Positions 8,263 through 20,198 of a DNA stretch of 25,153 nucleotides are shown here, piece after piece. Numbering within the stretch: position 1 is the stretch's first letter; every line of letters starts with the position of its first letter. The stretch covers positions 37,848 to 63,000 of the forward strand of contig JBNPEG010000021.1 of NCBI GenBank assembly GCA_051117555.1, given 5' to 3'. This DNA is from Elainellaceae cyanobacterium. Lineage in GTDB: Bacteria; Cyanobacteriota; Cyanobacteriia; CAZCXK01. The notes beneath the pieces were generated by a model. It was given only the letters and a program-made list of their open reading frames with translations, was not told where the DNA came from and ran no database searches. The translations under genes and the position numbers were made by a program.

Positions 8263-9693
8263 CTAGGGGTGAAGCATCTCTTCTTCAACGGGTTGAATTT
8301 CGTGAAAATCCAGATTGGGAGCAACTGTCGGAGACTCAGAAGCGGGCAGCGACGGTTGAGATTGAGACGTCGAGCCATCTTGATCGGCATGGGAGTGTCC
8401 GCTTGGTAAAAATCTCAAGAATGGCAACGGAAGAAGGGTCGACGTATTCGTAATGATCACGAGAAGCCAGAGGCGATCGAAATTTGTCTCCGTAATACCC
8501 AAGAGGTGAGTCAGCCCCGCACCCAACTCGTGGGACACAAGCCCTGCCAAATTTAACACTGACATTAGCAAAGCGAAGAGAGTGGCTTCTACCCCCCGCG
8601 GACATAAACGAGCCGCAAGAACCAGAATAGGCATGTAAGCAATTTCACCCATCACAGTCAACACAAGACTGTCACCCAAGCTGAACCAGCGGTCATCAAT
8701 TCCGATCGCCCGATTGTCATGGGTTACCAGCAGCAATGTTGTCATGCCTAACACGGCTGAAATGATCGTCGTCCAGCCAAAAATTTTGCGAAATGGAACT
8801 GTCTTAAAAAATCGCTGGAATAGCCAAATGCCGACTAAGGCTGCAACGCTGGTGACTAGCCGAACGCGCCCTAAAAATTCGGGTTGAAATCCGAGCTCGT
8901 TGGTCGTGAAGAAAAAGAAGGCAGATTCTGCCGTTGGGGTGGCTTGCCAGATAAAGATAAAGGCAGCCGGCATCCAGATTGCTTTTTGGGTAACTGCGCC
9001 GCGAAGCTGCTTAACCTGATCGCCGACGATAGACCAGCTCGACGGAGTTTCAACCTTTGATTCGTCAATTAACCCTGCCACTAGCGACACGATCAGCGGA
9101 AAGGTCGCTGTAATCAAAAAGACGGTCTGTGTGTCGAACCGTTCGAGCAGGAATCCGCTGAAATAGGCAGTCAACAATCCACCGACAGCCGATGTGCCCC
9201 AACACAGCGATTGAAGCGACCCGGCTGCCCCCAGCGATTCTTTGCGAACCCGCTCAACCACAATAGAGTCAACGATGACATCGCTGACCGCTACCGATAG
9301 AGAACTCATGGCGATCGCCACCGTTGCGCCCCAAGACGTATGTACAACCGTTGCCAACAACAGCCACGAAGCAGTTCCTAATAACCCGGATAACACCAGA
9401 TAGGGGCGCCGCCGATATCCAAAGATCGGCAACCCGTCTGACAAAAAGCCAAACAGGGGCTTCACCATCCAGGGCAACATGACGACACCCATTAGGGCAG
9501 AGACCTGAGCAGGCGTGAGCCCTAAATCATCTTTCAGGAAAAAGCTCACCGCCAAACGAGCGAGTCCAAGAATGCCCTGCACGAAATAGACCAGCAGAAT
9601 CGCAGTCAGTTCGGGAGTCGGTTCATTTCCGAATAAGACTCGTTCGGTGACTGACTCTTTCAGCTTGCTAAGTTTTGGAGATATGGCAACCAT
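8263..9693 (-). CDS. Folate-biopterin transporter (FBT/BT1, MFS)
   Basis: VYFVQG.LGLARLA, LPW..KPLFGFLSD.LPIFGYRRRPY, DVIVDS, GSLQSLCW, LAARLCP.GVEATLFALLMS. Confidence 0.93.
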   Translation of the reverse strand: MVAISPKLSKLKESVTERVLFGNEPTPELTAILLVYFVQGILGLARLAVSFFLKDDLGLTPAQVSALMGVVMLPWMVKPLFGFLSDGLPIFGYRRRPYLVLSGLLGTASWLLLATVVHTSWGATVAIAMSSLSVAVSDVIVDSIVVERVRKESLGAAGSLQSLCWGTSAVGGLLTAYFSGFLLERFDTQTVFLITATFPLIVSLVAGLIDESKVETPSSWSIVGDQVKQLRGAVTQKAIWMPAAFIFIWQATPTAESAFFFFTTNELGFQPEFLGRVRLVTSVAALVGIWLFQRFFKTVPFRKIFGWTTIISAVLGMTTLLLVTHDNRAIGIDDRWFSLGDSLVLTVMGEIAYMPILVLAARLCPRGVEATLFALLMSVLNLAGLVSHELGAGLTHLLGITETNFDRLWLLVIITNTSTLLPLPFLRFLPSGHSHADQDGSTSQSQPSLPASESPTVAPNLDFHEIQPVEEEMLHP

Positions 9694-9819
9694 TCAGATG
9701 GCGATCGTTAAGAAATGTCAACAATTACTCTATGATAGCCCTCTAATCCGATTAGGGTATCGTCCTATCCTCAGAGTCCCTACTCGACGCCTCTCTTGGA
9801 TGGTCTATTGCCTGCTCGG

Positions 9820-11649
9820 CTACAGATTTGGATTGGTCACAGTGACGCGGAGGCGATCGCTCCCATCTCGCTCAATGACACCTCGGATGTCACCTGACTG
9901 AAACGAGTATCGATCTGATTGACGCTTCTGAACTTGAATTAGTCCTTGTTCAATCTCTTCAGTCATGCTGCTGCCAACCATGCCGTTGACTGCCACACGC
10001 ATCACCAGCGGATCGACTGCTTGAGAGAACGAGGCTTGGGTCTGTTCGACTTGTTCGCTGGACTGATCATAGACATAGCGTAAGCTGACCCGATTTGGAA
10101 TCAGATTGTATTGCGCGTATCGGGTATTGGGCTGGTTGCCTTGACCCGATTGATCAGGGGTGCCTAGCAAGGTTTCAATTTGGCGAGTCGGGGTTCCGGG
10201 TGGAAAGCCGGGCACGCTGCGAGTTGCGCTGGGATTGCGAGACTCGATGTAGTCGGGGGGTGACTCTTGCTGAGGAGGTGGCGCACTGGGTGTCGATCGA
10301 TTTGGGGATGGAGAGGATGGCCGAGGCGTGGGCGACACACTCGGTCTTTCCTGGCGAGTCGATGCGTCATCGTTGGGTTCCGCCGCCTCATTATCAGATG
10401 GTTCAGGGATTTCGTCTCGATCCGGTTGTTGAATATCGGGAGGGTTTGGGGTGCGCGTCGATGATGGCTGGGGTGATTCTGCGAACTCAATCTGTTGCGA
10501 TCGCAGCCATAATGCTCCGAGCCCAGCCATGCTGACTACGGCGATCGCCACAATCGGCACCAGCAAAAATCCCCACCAGCCCTTTCGATTAGGGGAAGAG
10601 GGCACCGCAATAGTTTTCGGATGGTGCGACGTTGACGCTGACGGAGGAGACTGACTGGATGATGATGATATGGATGGTGCTGAGGATGAAACTGGACGGC
10701 GATTTTGTGGCGCAACGGCGAGGGTCGGGGCTGTACTTCTCACGTCTATCTGAGACTGTGGCCGAGACTGCGGCACTGAAGCTGACGGCACAGAAGGCGG
10801 GGGAGGCGTTAATGTTGTTTTTGGCATCTGGGTTGCAGACGAAGCGGGCAATCGCTTCAACCAATCTGCGACCGTAGCCGGACGATGACGAGCTTCGATC
10901 GCCATGCCCTCTAATATGGCCTGGTTCACAGATAGACTCAGATGAGGACACCATTCTATGGGCGGCACCAAAGGCTGGCGATCGCGCAAAATGGATGCAA
11001 TCGGAACCTGAGCGGTTAACAGCGTGTATAAGGTGGCGGCTAAGCCATACACGTCTGTCGCAGGGGTGCGGCGTTCTTGCGACAAATATTGCTCGACGGG
11101 GGCATATCCCTCCGATAGCAACTGGGTATGAGTTTGAGTCATTCCCGGCTTAAACTCGCGGGCAATGCCGAAATCAATCAAAACAACATCCTGTGTGCCC
11201 TCGCGCACCATGATGTTTTGAGGTTTTACATCTCGATGCAAGAGCCCTTTTTCATGGACAATCTCTAGTGCCTGCCCAATTTGACGAATATACTGAATGG
11301 CGATCGCCTCAGCTAATGGCCGATCTGGAAATACGACCTCATCGAGCGTCTGTCCCGGAATATAGTCCATGACAAGGTAGGGAACAGCCTCTTCGAGGAA
11401 AAAATCGTTAACCCGCACAATATTGGGATGGACACACCGTGCCAGCCGCTGTGCTTCATCTCGAAATCGCTGATCAAGACTTGCGAATTGAGGGTCACCG
11501 ATTCGGTCAGGATTTAGAGTTTTAATGACGACGGCTTGATTCAAGTAGTGGTGGGTCGCCTTAAATGTGACGCCAAATCCTCCCTGTCCTAAGCATTGCT
11601 CTAGGGTATATTTTCCAGATTGTAGAGTTTTACCAGCAAAGGCACTCAT
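9820..11649 (-). CDS. Membrane-anchored Ser/Thr protein kinase with Pro/Ser linkers and a C-terminal extracytoplasmic domain
   Basis: [27 protein letters not shown]; single TM ([25 protein letters not shown]). ATG 11649 preferred over 11670. Confidence 0.93.
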   Translation of the reverse strand: MSAFAGKTLQSGKYTLEQCLGQGGFGVTFKATHHYLNQAVVIKTLNPDRIGDPQFASLDQRFRDEAQRLARCVHPNIVRVNDFFLEEAVPYLVMDYIPGQTLDEVVFPDRPLAEAIAIQYIRQIGQALEIVHEKGLLHRDVKPQNIMVREGTQDVVLIDFGIAREFKPGMTQTHTQLLSEGYAPVEQYLSQERRTPATDVYGLAATLYTLLTAQVPIASILRDRQPLVPPIEWCPHLSLSVNQAILEGMAIEARHRPATVADWLKRLPASSATQMPKTTLTPPPPSVPSASVPQSRPQSQIDVRSTAPTLAVAPQNRRPVSSSAPSISSSSSQSPPSASTSHHPKTIAVPSSPNRKGWWGFLLVPIVAIAVVSMAGLGALWLRSQQIEFAESPQPSSTRTPNPPDIQQPDRDEIPEPSDNEAAEPNDDASTRQERPSVSPTPRPSSPSPNRSTPSAPPPQQESPPDYIESRNPSATRSVPGFPPGTPTRQIETLLGTPDQSGQGNQPNTRYAQYNLIPNRVSLRYVYDQSSEQVEQTQASFSQAVDPLVMRVAVNGMVGSSMTEEIEQGLIQVQKRQSDRYSFQSGDIRGVIERDGSDRLRVTVTNPNL

Positions 11650-11660
11650 GATCGATTCAT

Positions 11661-11697
11661 CAAAACACAATAGGGGCAGGGTATTAACCTGCCCTTC
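11661..11697 (-). terminator. Possible intrinsic terminator after the poly-Asp gene
   Basis: Minus strand GGGCAGG-ttaatac-CCTGCCC followed by ctattgtgtttt, ~40 bp after stop 11738. Confidence 0.45.
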
Positions 11698-11737
11698 TAG
11701 GGTATCCCGTTAGACGAGATCAAACGATGGATGTGAC

Positions 11738-13441
<1,704 letters not shown>

Positions 13442-13605
13442 AGACCCATTAGATTTGCGGACTGCACGGTTTTTTATATGTCGCATAACGTACACATTAC
13501 TCCAGGTGAATAATCATGAACCCATGACGAACTCCATAGGAGTCGCCTCCACGCCTAGATCGCGAACTAGAGTTTGAGGATTAGCCCCCACCCTCTCATC
13601 AACAG

Positions 13606-13637
13606 GTTGACTAGCACTCAGTTGGCTAGCACTCAGT
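13606..13637. repeat. 15-bp tandem repeat GTTG(A/G)CTAGCACTCA x2
   Basis: 13606-13620 and 13621-13635, one mismatch. Confidence 0.8.
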
Positions 13638-13744
13638 CGAGCCGCGACCTAGCAAAATCGCTGCAATTCTTGAGATGTGAACGGTTTAGAGAAATCTCTC
13701 AATCCTGAATTACAGTGTTTCGAAACGAAAACGTCCTGCATGTC

Positions 13745-13839
13745 TATAGCCCTACGGGCTCAGATTTGTGTGTAGAATCCCCGCATCTCAGGGGTCTCAC
13801 ATATGTTCTGCGTCCTAACGGGAGGAACGTAAGGCTATA
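13745..13839 (-). other. Candidate structured RNA or small inverted-repeat element
   Basis: Minus-strand 12-bp closing stem TATAGCCTTACG/CGTAGGGCTATA (one G-U) enclosing two internal hairpins. Confidence 0.4.
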
Positions 13840-13939
13840 ACGTGTTGATCTGACAGAGCGCGTTTAACTGGTAAAGCAGGTTGCTTGAGATGACCGTTTA
13901 CTGAAGGCGGATGTTCCAACTGTAGTTAAAAAGACATTT

Positions 13940-16900
13940 CTATGGACAGTTATTGGGGGCGAGGCGTAAATAGCGAATGCACTCTTCAGGGGTCAAATCT
14001 CGTAAGCTGCGATCGCTCGACAGCTTCAGCAGCATTTCCCAGGTTGCCGTCCACAGGTGAATTTCACCGTGCTCAGTTAGGGCAGCAACGTAGTGCCCGT
14101 CTGGGCTAAAAAAGCTCTTAAGAATCGCCTCTGACTGCTCACTCGATTGAGTCGGGCGAAGCTGCACCTGTTCGGTTCCGGTTGCCGCATCCCAAAGCCG
14201 CAGGGTGCCATCTTGACTTGCCGTTGCGAGCGATCGCCCATCCGGACTAAACTGCGCATCTAACACCCCCCCGCGATGCCCCGACAACACCACTCGAATT
14301 TCACCCGTAAGCGCATCCCAAACTCGAGCCGTGCCATCCAGACTGGCTGTGACAATCCGCCGACTATCCGGACTAAATTGAGCGCTCATCACAGACGCCT
14401 GATGGGGAAGGGTCAACATCAACTTCCCAGACGAGGCATCCCAAACTTGAGCCGTTTCGTCCAGACTGGCACTGACAATCCAGCGACCATTCGGGCTAAA
14501 GGCTGCCTGTTGAATCTGCTCCGCATCACTGGGCAATGTTTGCAACAGATTGCCGGATTGAACATCCCAGAGTTGCAGTGTTGAGTCGTCACTGATGCTT
14601 AAAAGAGTTTGATTGCTAGGGCTAAACGTTAAAAACCGAGCGGATGGAGTAGACGCAATTGCGTCAGATGGTGGCAGTTGAATTTGACGAAGCAGCTTCG
14701 TAGACGGATCGAGGTGCCGAATTTCAATGGTGCCCTGGTGAGTTGCTGCCGCAATGAGCGTATCTTGATGACCAAACGCAACGGCAGTCAAGGTTGTCTC
14801 TCCGGCGATCGCCCATTCATCGATGGATGACCTCATCGCCGCAGACGATTCAGATGTCGGCAAAGACTCTCCGGGATGCTGCTCCCCGATCGCATCGTGA
14901 GAGTCAGGGGGCTGTGATGCGGTGGCTAACCGGTGCGGACGGAGCTGCTGTTTAAATTGCGACAGATGTTTCCAAATCCGCTGGATACTGAGACTCGATA
15001 GGGGCCGTGGCGAAGAAACCATCCCCGTGGGTGGCGCACTTCCCCCTGCTACTTGAGACTGCACTGCCTCAGACGTATAGGCCGATGCCGCATCGCTCAC
15101 CAAATCCCAATGGTTTAATCGTCCGTCCGCTGTTACCGTCATCATTGTGAGACGGTTAGCATCGAGGCTTGACGATGATCGAGCAGAGGCTCCTCTTTCA
15201 AAATCAGCCCATCGAACTGACGAGTGAGACAACCGAATCATTGGCAATTCTCCTCCCTCGTCAGCCGCCCAAACCCAGATGTTTCCGGTTGTATCAGACG
15301 TAGCGATATACGAGCCGTTAGGACTAAAGATAGACGAAACGATGGCATGGTTGTGTCCTCGTAAATTCGCTAGCCTTTTACCTGTGTGCAAATCCCAAAC
15401 GTAGGCTGCATTAGGATGGTCATACCCTGAGAGATGATGATTTCCAGTAACTAGAAAGCGACCGTCTGGGCTAAATGCCATCGTATGCAGCGGAAGATCA
15501 TTAGGATCGAGGTCGGTTTCGCCGATTGAGGAGAGAGTCCACTGCCCTTGAATATCATGCTGCCAAACTTGAATAGCCTGATTAGGCGTCGTTACGGCTA
15601 GCGTTTGACCCTTGGGGCTAAAGCGAATCGAAAATGGCTGGAGAGTGCCTGGTGTTTGAGAATCACGGCCTGCAAATTCTGGACTGCCTGATGTCGGTAA
15701 CGGGCTAGGCTCTGGTGGAAACATTACTGCCTGATCCTCGGTCTGCGCATCCGAAGAATTGCCACGAAGAACCGTTAACAGCTTGCCGTTATCTGCGCTC
15801 CAGAGGCGCACTTGATGGTCGATTCCAATCGTTGCAACCCATCGATGATCCGGACTAAATGTTGCACTTCCTACTGCCTGAGAATGTTTCAGCACAATTG
15901 CTGGAGTGTCCGATAATTGAATCTGAGCAGATGGATTCGGCAACCGCCACACTCGAACAGTGCCATCGTCACTCGCAGCAAGCAGCATTTGTCCATCCGA
16001 ACTTAATTCGATATGACGAATCGTACCGGGCTGAGGCAAACGCGCTTTGACTTGACCAGTACTGGCGTCCCAGATCCAGACAGTTCGGTCAGTGGCGGCA
16101 ATCACGCGATCGTCGATGGGGCTCATTTGCAGAAATCTGAGGGGATGGTCTGCCTGAAGCCGTTGAATGAGCGTGCCTGATTCAACAGACCATATGCTGA
16201 CCACCGGCTCTCCTTGGGCGATCGCCGCAATTTGATACCCCGTCGAGTCAAATGCCAGAGCGGCGATGTCAGGGTTTCCTTCTGTATCAGAATTTGGGTC
16301 ATTCCACGGAATGATTGTTGAAGCAGGATTTGGAACGGTATAGAGAGTCTGGTCATCGAGTGACCACAGGCGAATAGTGCCATCGGCACTCGCGGTTGCC
16401 ATCGTATCGTGATCCGGGCTAAATGCCATCTGGGAAACGGCTTGAGTATGACCAGAGAGCGTAAACTGAAGTCGCAGATTTTGGAGTGACGCCCGTAAAC
16501 TTGCCTGGGCTTCGTAGGTATGCCCGCCCTGAACGGCTGCCAGCCGACTAATCAGCAACGCGGCGAGTGGGTCGCCGTTGGGTTCCTGGAGAATAGATTG
16601 GGCGATCGCCGCTCGCTCGCGAGAGGTTGCAACCTGGAGCTGATACTCCTTCTCAGCTTGGGTCTGCACGGCATTTCGGTATTGGTTAAGAGTGACAATC
16701 AGTGCCACAAGCAACATTGATGGAACTGCGAGCTGAAGCAATCGGGATTCTTTCCGAGCACGTTGGCTCTCCATGCGGCTGATAGCGATATAGTGCTGTG
16801 CCAACAGAGAAAGTTCTTTAGGATGATGCTCTAAAAAATCTTCCGCATCCACAAGGCGACTTCCGCGTAGCAGATATTCAGCACCGCTAGGCTGTCCTGC

Positions 16901-19090
16901 ATTATTCCATTCCTGGGACGCGCGTTCAATGAGCCGCTGCCGCCGCAGCATTTCCCGGTTTTCTTCGAGCCACCCCCTCAACAGTGACCAGTTGCGAATG
17001 AGTGTTTCATGAACCACATCAATCGTTTCCTGAGTATGATCTCCTGATTTCATCACCTGGATTTCGATTCTAGGAACACCCGATTGAGTGAGGGTTTGGG
17101 AGCCTAAAAACTCGTCTGACTTAGATGATCGGCCATTAAGGGCTAGATTAGACACTATCGGGTCCGATGAGACAACCCCAGCCACCTCTGAAAACTGATA
17201 TGCATCAGCACGGTGCCACGTTCCCTTTTCTTGACTTGTTACCACTAGCTTTGCCGCAACCAGTTTTTCCAGGGTTTGCTCGATTAAATAGAGCGGAAAA
17301 CTAGGGCTGACCAGTTCCGATTTTGATACCCGTCGCCGCGTGTCTTCGGTTCCTTCACCAAGCTGGGTTAAAGCTAAAAACACTCGCTTAGCAATGATTT
17401 GTTCGTCAGGCAATAGGCTATTAAAAATTTCAGTGGCTCGCTTTTGCAGCGTTCCTCGAATGCCTCCTAATTCGGTATATGCATCAAGCGTCAATGAAGA
17501 AACCTGGGTATCTGGGTCGGTCTGTCTATGCTGCCACAACTCCGACAGAGTGTATTGCAATAAGGGAAGCTCTCCGGGTGCTCCCACCACGTCAAGCAGC
17601 ATGGTGTAAATCAAGTTGGGTTCACAGGCCAATTTGGCTTTTTGAGCAGGTTCAACAATAGTTGACTTGATCTGCTCATAGGTCATCGGTGTGACCATAA
17701 TCAGATTCTGTTCGACCTGCTGCGCCAAATTGCTATAGAGCGAGCATTTGCCAAAAAAGTCAGCCCGTAAAACGATCACCACGCTGAGATAGCGATCGGC
17801 GGATTGAATCGCATCGATTAGACAATTGAAAAACTGCTGACGCTCTTGCTCCGCAGTTGGACCGTTACAGAGTGTGAAAATCTCTTCGAACTGGTCAATG
17901 ACGAGCAGTAGATGAGGACGAGGGCCGACCCCGGTCGCACTAGGAGTTACCAGGCTAGCGCGTACGAGCTGAGCCAGCCCTGTTCCTCCATCATTTAGAA
18001 ATACCTCGGCGCGCCGAAGCTGTTCGGCTCTTTCTAACTCAGTGAGGTCTGGATCAACGAAGACTGCGGCTAAACGTTTAAGGGGATGCTCAGTCGGCGT
18101 GAGCAATCGAATGCGCCAGCGATCGCTCCCTGAAAATTTTTGCCCTTTCCGCAGTTCTGAAATCAGCCCAGCCCGCACCAGTGATGACTTGCCGCTCCCT
18201 GATGCCCCAACAACGGCCACAAATTGCCCAGATCTGAGTTGGTCGAGCAGTTGATCGGTGAGTTCTGACCGACCAAAAAAGTACTCGGCATGCGACTCCT
18301 CGAAACATTCCAAACCCCGATACGGGCAGACCTCTGCCGACGGGGCTATCTTCTTGGCGATCGCCCCTCCCTGAGCGCGAGTCAAGATGATTTCACTCCC
18401 CGAACTTTCAAACAGGGGTTGCTGAACTTCACCTTTCAGAGCATGACTGACCCACGTGGTCAGAGCATAATTAGTAATCAGTCCTGTAGTGCTAGTGCTC
18501 GGATCAAGCCCGTCTAAGATGGCTCTGGTGAAAACGCTATAGGGGCTCTCCAACGATTCATAGGCAGCTTCATATTCACGGGATGCTGCCATAAACAAGC
18601 GATCAGTGCCTGACTTTGCGCCGGGATCAGCGTCTAGAAAATTAAGAAATTCACCGCTATGGCAGCAGTCTAAGATGACAATTCGTTGACGAACAGGACT
18701 CTCTTGAAGGAGCCGCCTTAGCCAAAATAGCGATAGCCCAGAAAATCCAACATCAGGCTGGGAGTCACTAACCGCGAGGTAGCCGTCCTGAATCCCTGCG
18801 TCACGCTGCATCCCGTGACCAGAAAAGTAAAACAGCGCCGTGTGAGGAACGTTTGCTCCCTTGGGTTTAAAGAGATTGATCAGTTCAGATTCAAGTTGCC
18901 TCAGCGTCACAGGCGTTTTTTGGCCGATGCGGGGCTGGTGCTTTTGGATTACCTCTGGCAGACGATGAACCCGGAACTCGCCATACGCTTGTAAACATTG
19001 CGCGATCGCCTCTGCATCTTGCGCCGGAGCCTGCAGATTGGGCGAGTACTGATACTGATTAATTCCAACAACTAGTGCATCCCGTGACAT
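13940..19090 (-). CDS. Caspase-family (peptidase C14) - STAND NTPase - TM - WD40 repeat protein
   Basis: ALVVGINQY, YFSGHG (His92), ILDCCHSG (Cys143); CPYRGL..F, Walker A GASGSGKS, Walker B LLVIDQFEE, LPLLQYTL.ELW, HETLIRNW; hydrophobic LLQLAVPSMLLVALIVTL; many FSPDG...TAS.DGT.RLWD repeats. Confidence 0.95.
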   Translation of the reverse strand: MSRDALVVGINQYQYSPNLQAPAQDAEAIAQCLQAYGEFRVHRLPEVIQKHQPRIGQKTPVTLRQLESELINLFKPKGANVPHTALFYFSGHGMQRDAGIQDGYLAVSDSQPDVGFSGLSLFWLRRLLQESPVRQRIVILDCCHSGEFLNFLDADPGAKSGTDRLFMAASREYEAAYESLESPYSVFTRAILDGLDPSTSTTGLITNYALTTWVSHALKGEVQQPLFESSGSEIILTRAQGGAIAKKIAPSAEVCPYRGLECFEESHAEYFFGRSELTDQLLDQLRSGQFVAVVGASGSGKSSLVRAGLISELRKGQKFSGSDRWRIRLLTPTEHPLKRLAAVFVDPDLTELERAEQLRRAEVFLNDGGTGLAQLVRASLVTPSATGVGPRPHLLLVIDQFEEIFTLCNGPTAEQERQQFFNCLIDAIQSADRYLSVVIVLRADFFGKCSLYSNLAQQVEQNLIMVTPMTYEQIKSTIVEPAQKAKLACEPNLIYTMLLDVVGAPGELPLLQYTLSELWQHRQTDPDTQVSSLTLDAYTELGGIRGTLQKRATEIFNSLLPDEQIIAKRVFLALTQLGEGTEDTRRRVSKSELVSPSFPLYLIEQTLEKLVAAKLVVTSQEKGTWHRADAYQFSEVAGVVSSDPIVSNLALNGRSSKSDEFLGSQTLTQSGVPRIEIQVMKSGDHTQETIDVVHETLIRNWSLLRGWLEENREMLRRQRLIERASQEWNNAGQPSGAEYLLRGSRLVDAEDFLEHHPKELSLLAQHYIAISRMESQRARKESRLLQLAVPSMLLVALIVTLNQYRNAVQTQAEKEYQLQVATSRERAAIAQSILQEPNGDPLAALLISRLAAVQGGHTYEAQASLRASLQNLRLQFTLSGHTQAVSQMAFSPDHDTMATASADGTIRLWSLDDQTLYTVPNPASTIIPWNDPNSDTEGNPDIAALAFDSTGYQIAAIAQGEPVVSIWSVESGTLIQRLQADHPLRFLQMSPIDDRVIAATDRTVWIWDASTGQVKARLPQPGTIRHIELSSDGQMLLAASDDGTVRVWRLPNPSAQIQLSDTPAIVLKHSQAVGSATFSPDHRWVATIGIDHQVRLWSADNGKLLTVLRGNSSDAQTEDQAVMFPPEPSPLPTSGSPEFAGRDSQTPGTLQPFSIRFSPKGQTLAVTTPNQAIQVWQHDIQGQWTLSSIGETDLDPNDLPLHTMAFSPDGRFLVTGNHHLSGYDHPNAAYVWDLHTGKRLANLRGHNHAIVSSIFSPNGSYIATSDTTGNIWVWAADEGGELPMIRLSHSSVRWADFERGASARSSSSLDANRLTMMTVTADGRLNHWDLVSDAASAYTSEAVQSQVAGGSAPPTGMVSSPRPLSSLSIQRIWKHLSQFKQQLRPHRLATASQPPDSHDAIGEQHPGESLPTSESSAAMRSSIDEWAIAGETTLTAVAFGHQDTLIAAATHQGTIEIRHLDPSTKLLRQIQLPPSDAIASTPSARFLTFSPSNQTLLSISDDSTLQLWDVQSGNLLQTLPSDAEQIQQAAFSPNGRWIVSASLDETAQVWDASSGKLMLTLPHQASVMSAQFSPDSRRIVTASLDGTARVWDALTGEIRVVLSGHRGGVLDAQFSPDGRSLATASQDGTLRLWDAATGTEQVQLRPTQSSEQSEAILKSFFSPDGHYVAALTEHGEIHLWTATWEMLLKLSSDRSLRDLTPEECIRYLRLAPNNCP

Positions 19091-19813
19091 CGAATCATTT
19101 CACTCAGAACAAGATTAGTAAGCCCGATTTAGGCTCAGCAGTTCACTGTAGAAAATAAAAAAAGAATAATGAGCCTGAGTTCACTCAAAAACTGACCGAG
19201 AGCATCTTCGGAGTGACCCAACATTAATTCACATTAATGATGCAATTTACGCACTCCTTGGAGCGCTCCCGATTAACAGTAGGAACTATGAATAAACCGG
19301 CATTTAAGTACAAATAAATTCACCACATTTAAGATGAATCATGAAAATCAACTTGTATTTTTTTGTTTGATTCTCATTTTTTAGGATATTTTTTTCTGCT
19401 AGAAACTATTGGCAAATTCAGTTCGAAAATCAGGAGAAATCAATTTTATTCCCTTGCAAATGTCAACATAGCGAAAATCTAAATTTCTGTAAACGGGGGC
19501 GAAACCCCACATGATTATTGGGTCATATCGATTTTATTACACATTAATTTGAACCGTTTCACATTAAAACACATCAGGGTTTAGAAATATAATGAATCCC
19601 GTTGCGCGATTAAGAATCAACGTCTGGTGCATTTGACAAACCAACATCCAAAGGGAATTGCTCCTCTTCTATTAAGCGTTGCGGTGAGCTAGATCACTAG
19701 AGGCCCAAATTTGAATCACACGTTTTATGGATCTAGCGCCTTTACAACGATGAGAAATTCTGTTGATATAAAATGCGGGCTAATTTTTAATTGAAAGTTT
19801 ATTGAAAGACTCA

Positions 19814-19847
19814 TTCAAATATGGTTCGACTTCAAATATGGTTCGAC
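19814..19847. repeat. 17-bp perfect tandem repeat TTCAAATATGGTTCGAC x2
   Basis: 19814-19830 and 19831-19847. Confidence 0.9.
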
Positions 19848-20198
19848 CGCGACTCCATCAAGAAACAAATGGGTTCAAAAAAAGATGAAAGCCGACTTGT
19901 TCATACGTATCAACGGGCACCAGACATCAGATTTTGAGTCATGGTGGCGTTTTATAACGACCCGTTATGAGGCGAAAAAATTGTAGATAGATTCGAGTTT
20001 CTAGCACGCTAATCAACCCAGCGATCGCATCGCCGGATTGATTAAGAAAACCTGTCTATTTTGTTCAAGAACCACGTAATTCTTCCGGATAAAATCTCTA
20101 CCTGTCGAATATTTAACCTGTAGAGCTATCCGTTTCCATCTATTTGGCAATTCTCGGTTCTATTTCTGCTCGGTTTCATCTCATTCAGGAGCAGCCGC

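Noticed and set aside
13745..13839. TPP riboswitch (CTGAGA and CGTAGGG on the minus strand) or hammerhead ribozyme
   Set aside because: The remaining TPP core and stem order do not fit, there is no thiamine gene downstream, and no CUGAUGA/GAAA hammerhead core
19410..19445. c-di-GMP-I riboswitch-like GGCAAA...TTCGAAA
   Set aside because: Flanks of the GAAA loop do not pair and the downstream GACGCAAAG-type consensus is absent
19790..19880. Mini CRISPR array (ATTGAAAG twice plus 17-bp repeats)
   Set aside because: No repeat-spacer periodicity; simple tandem duplications
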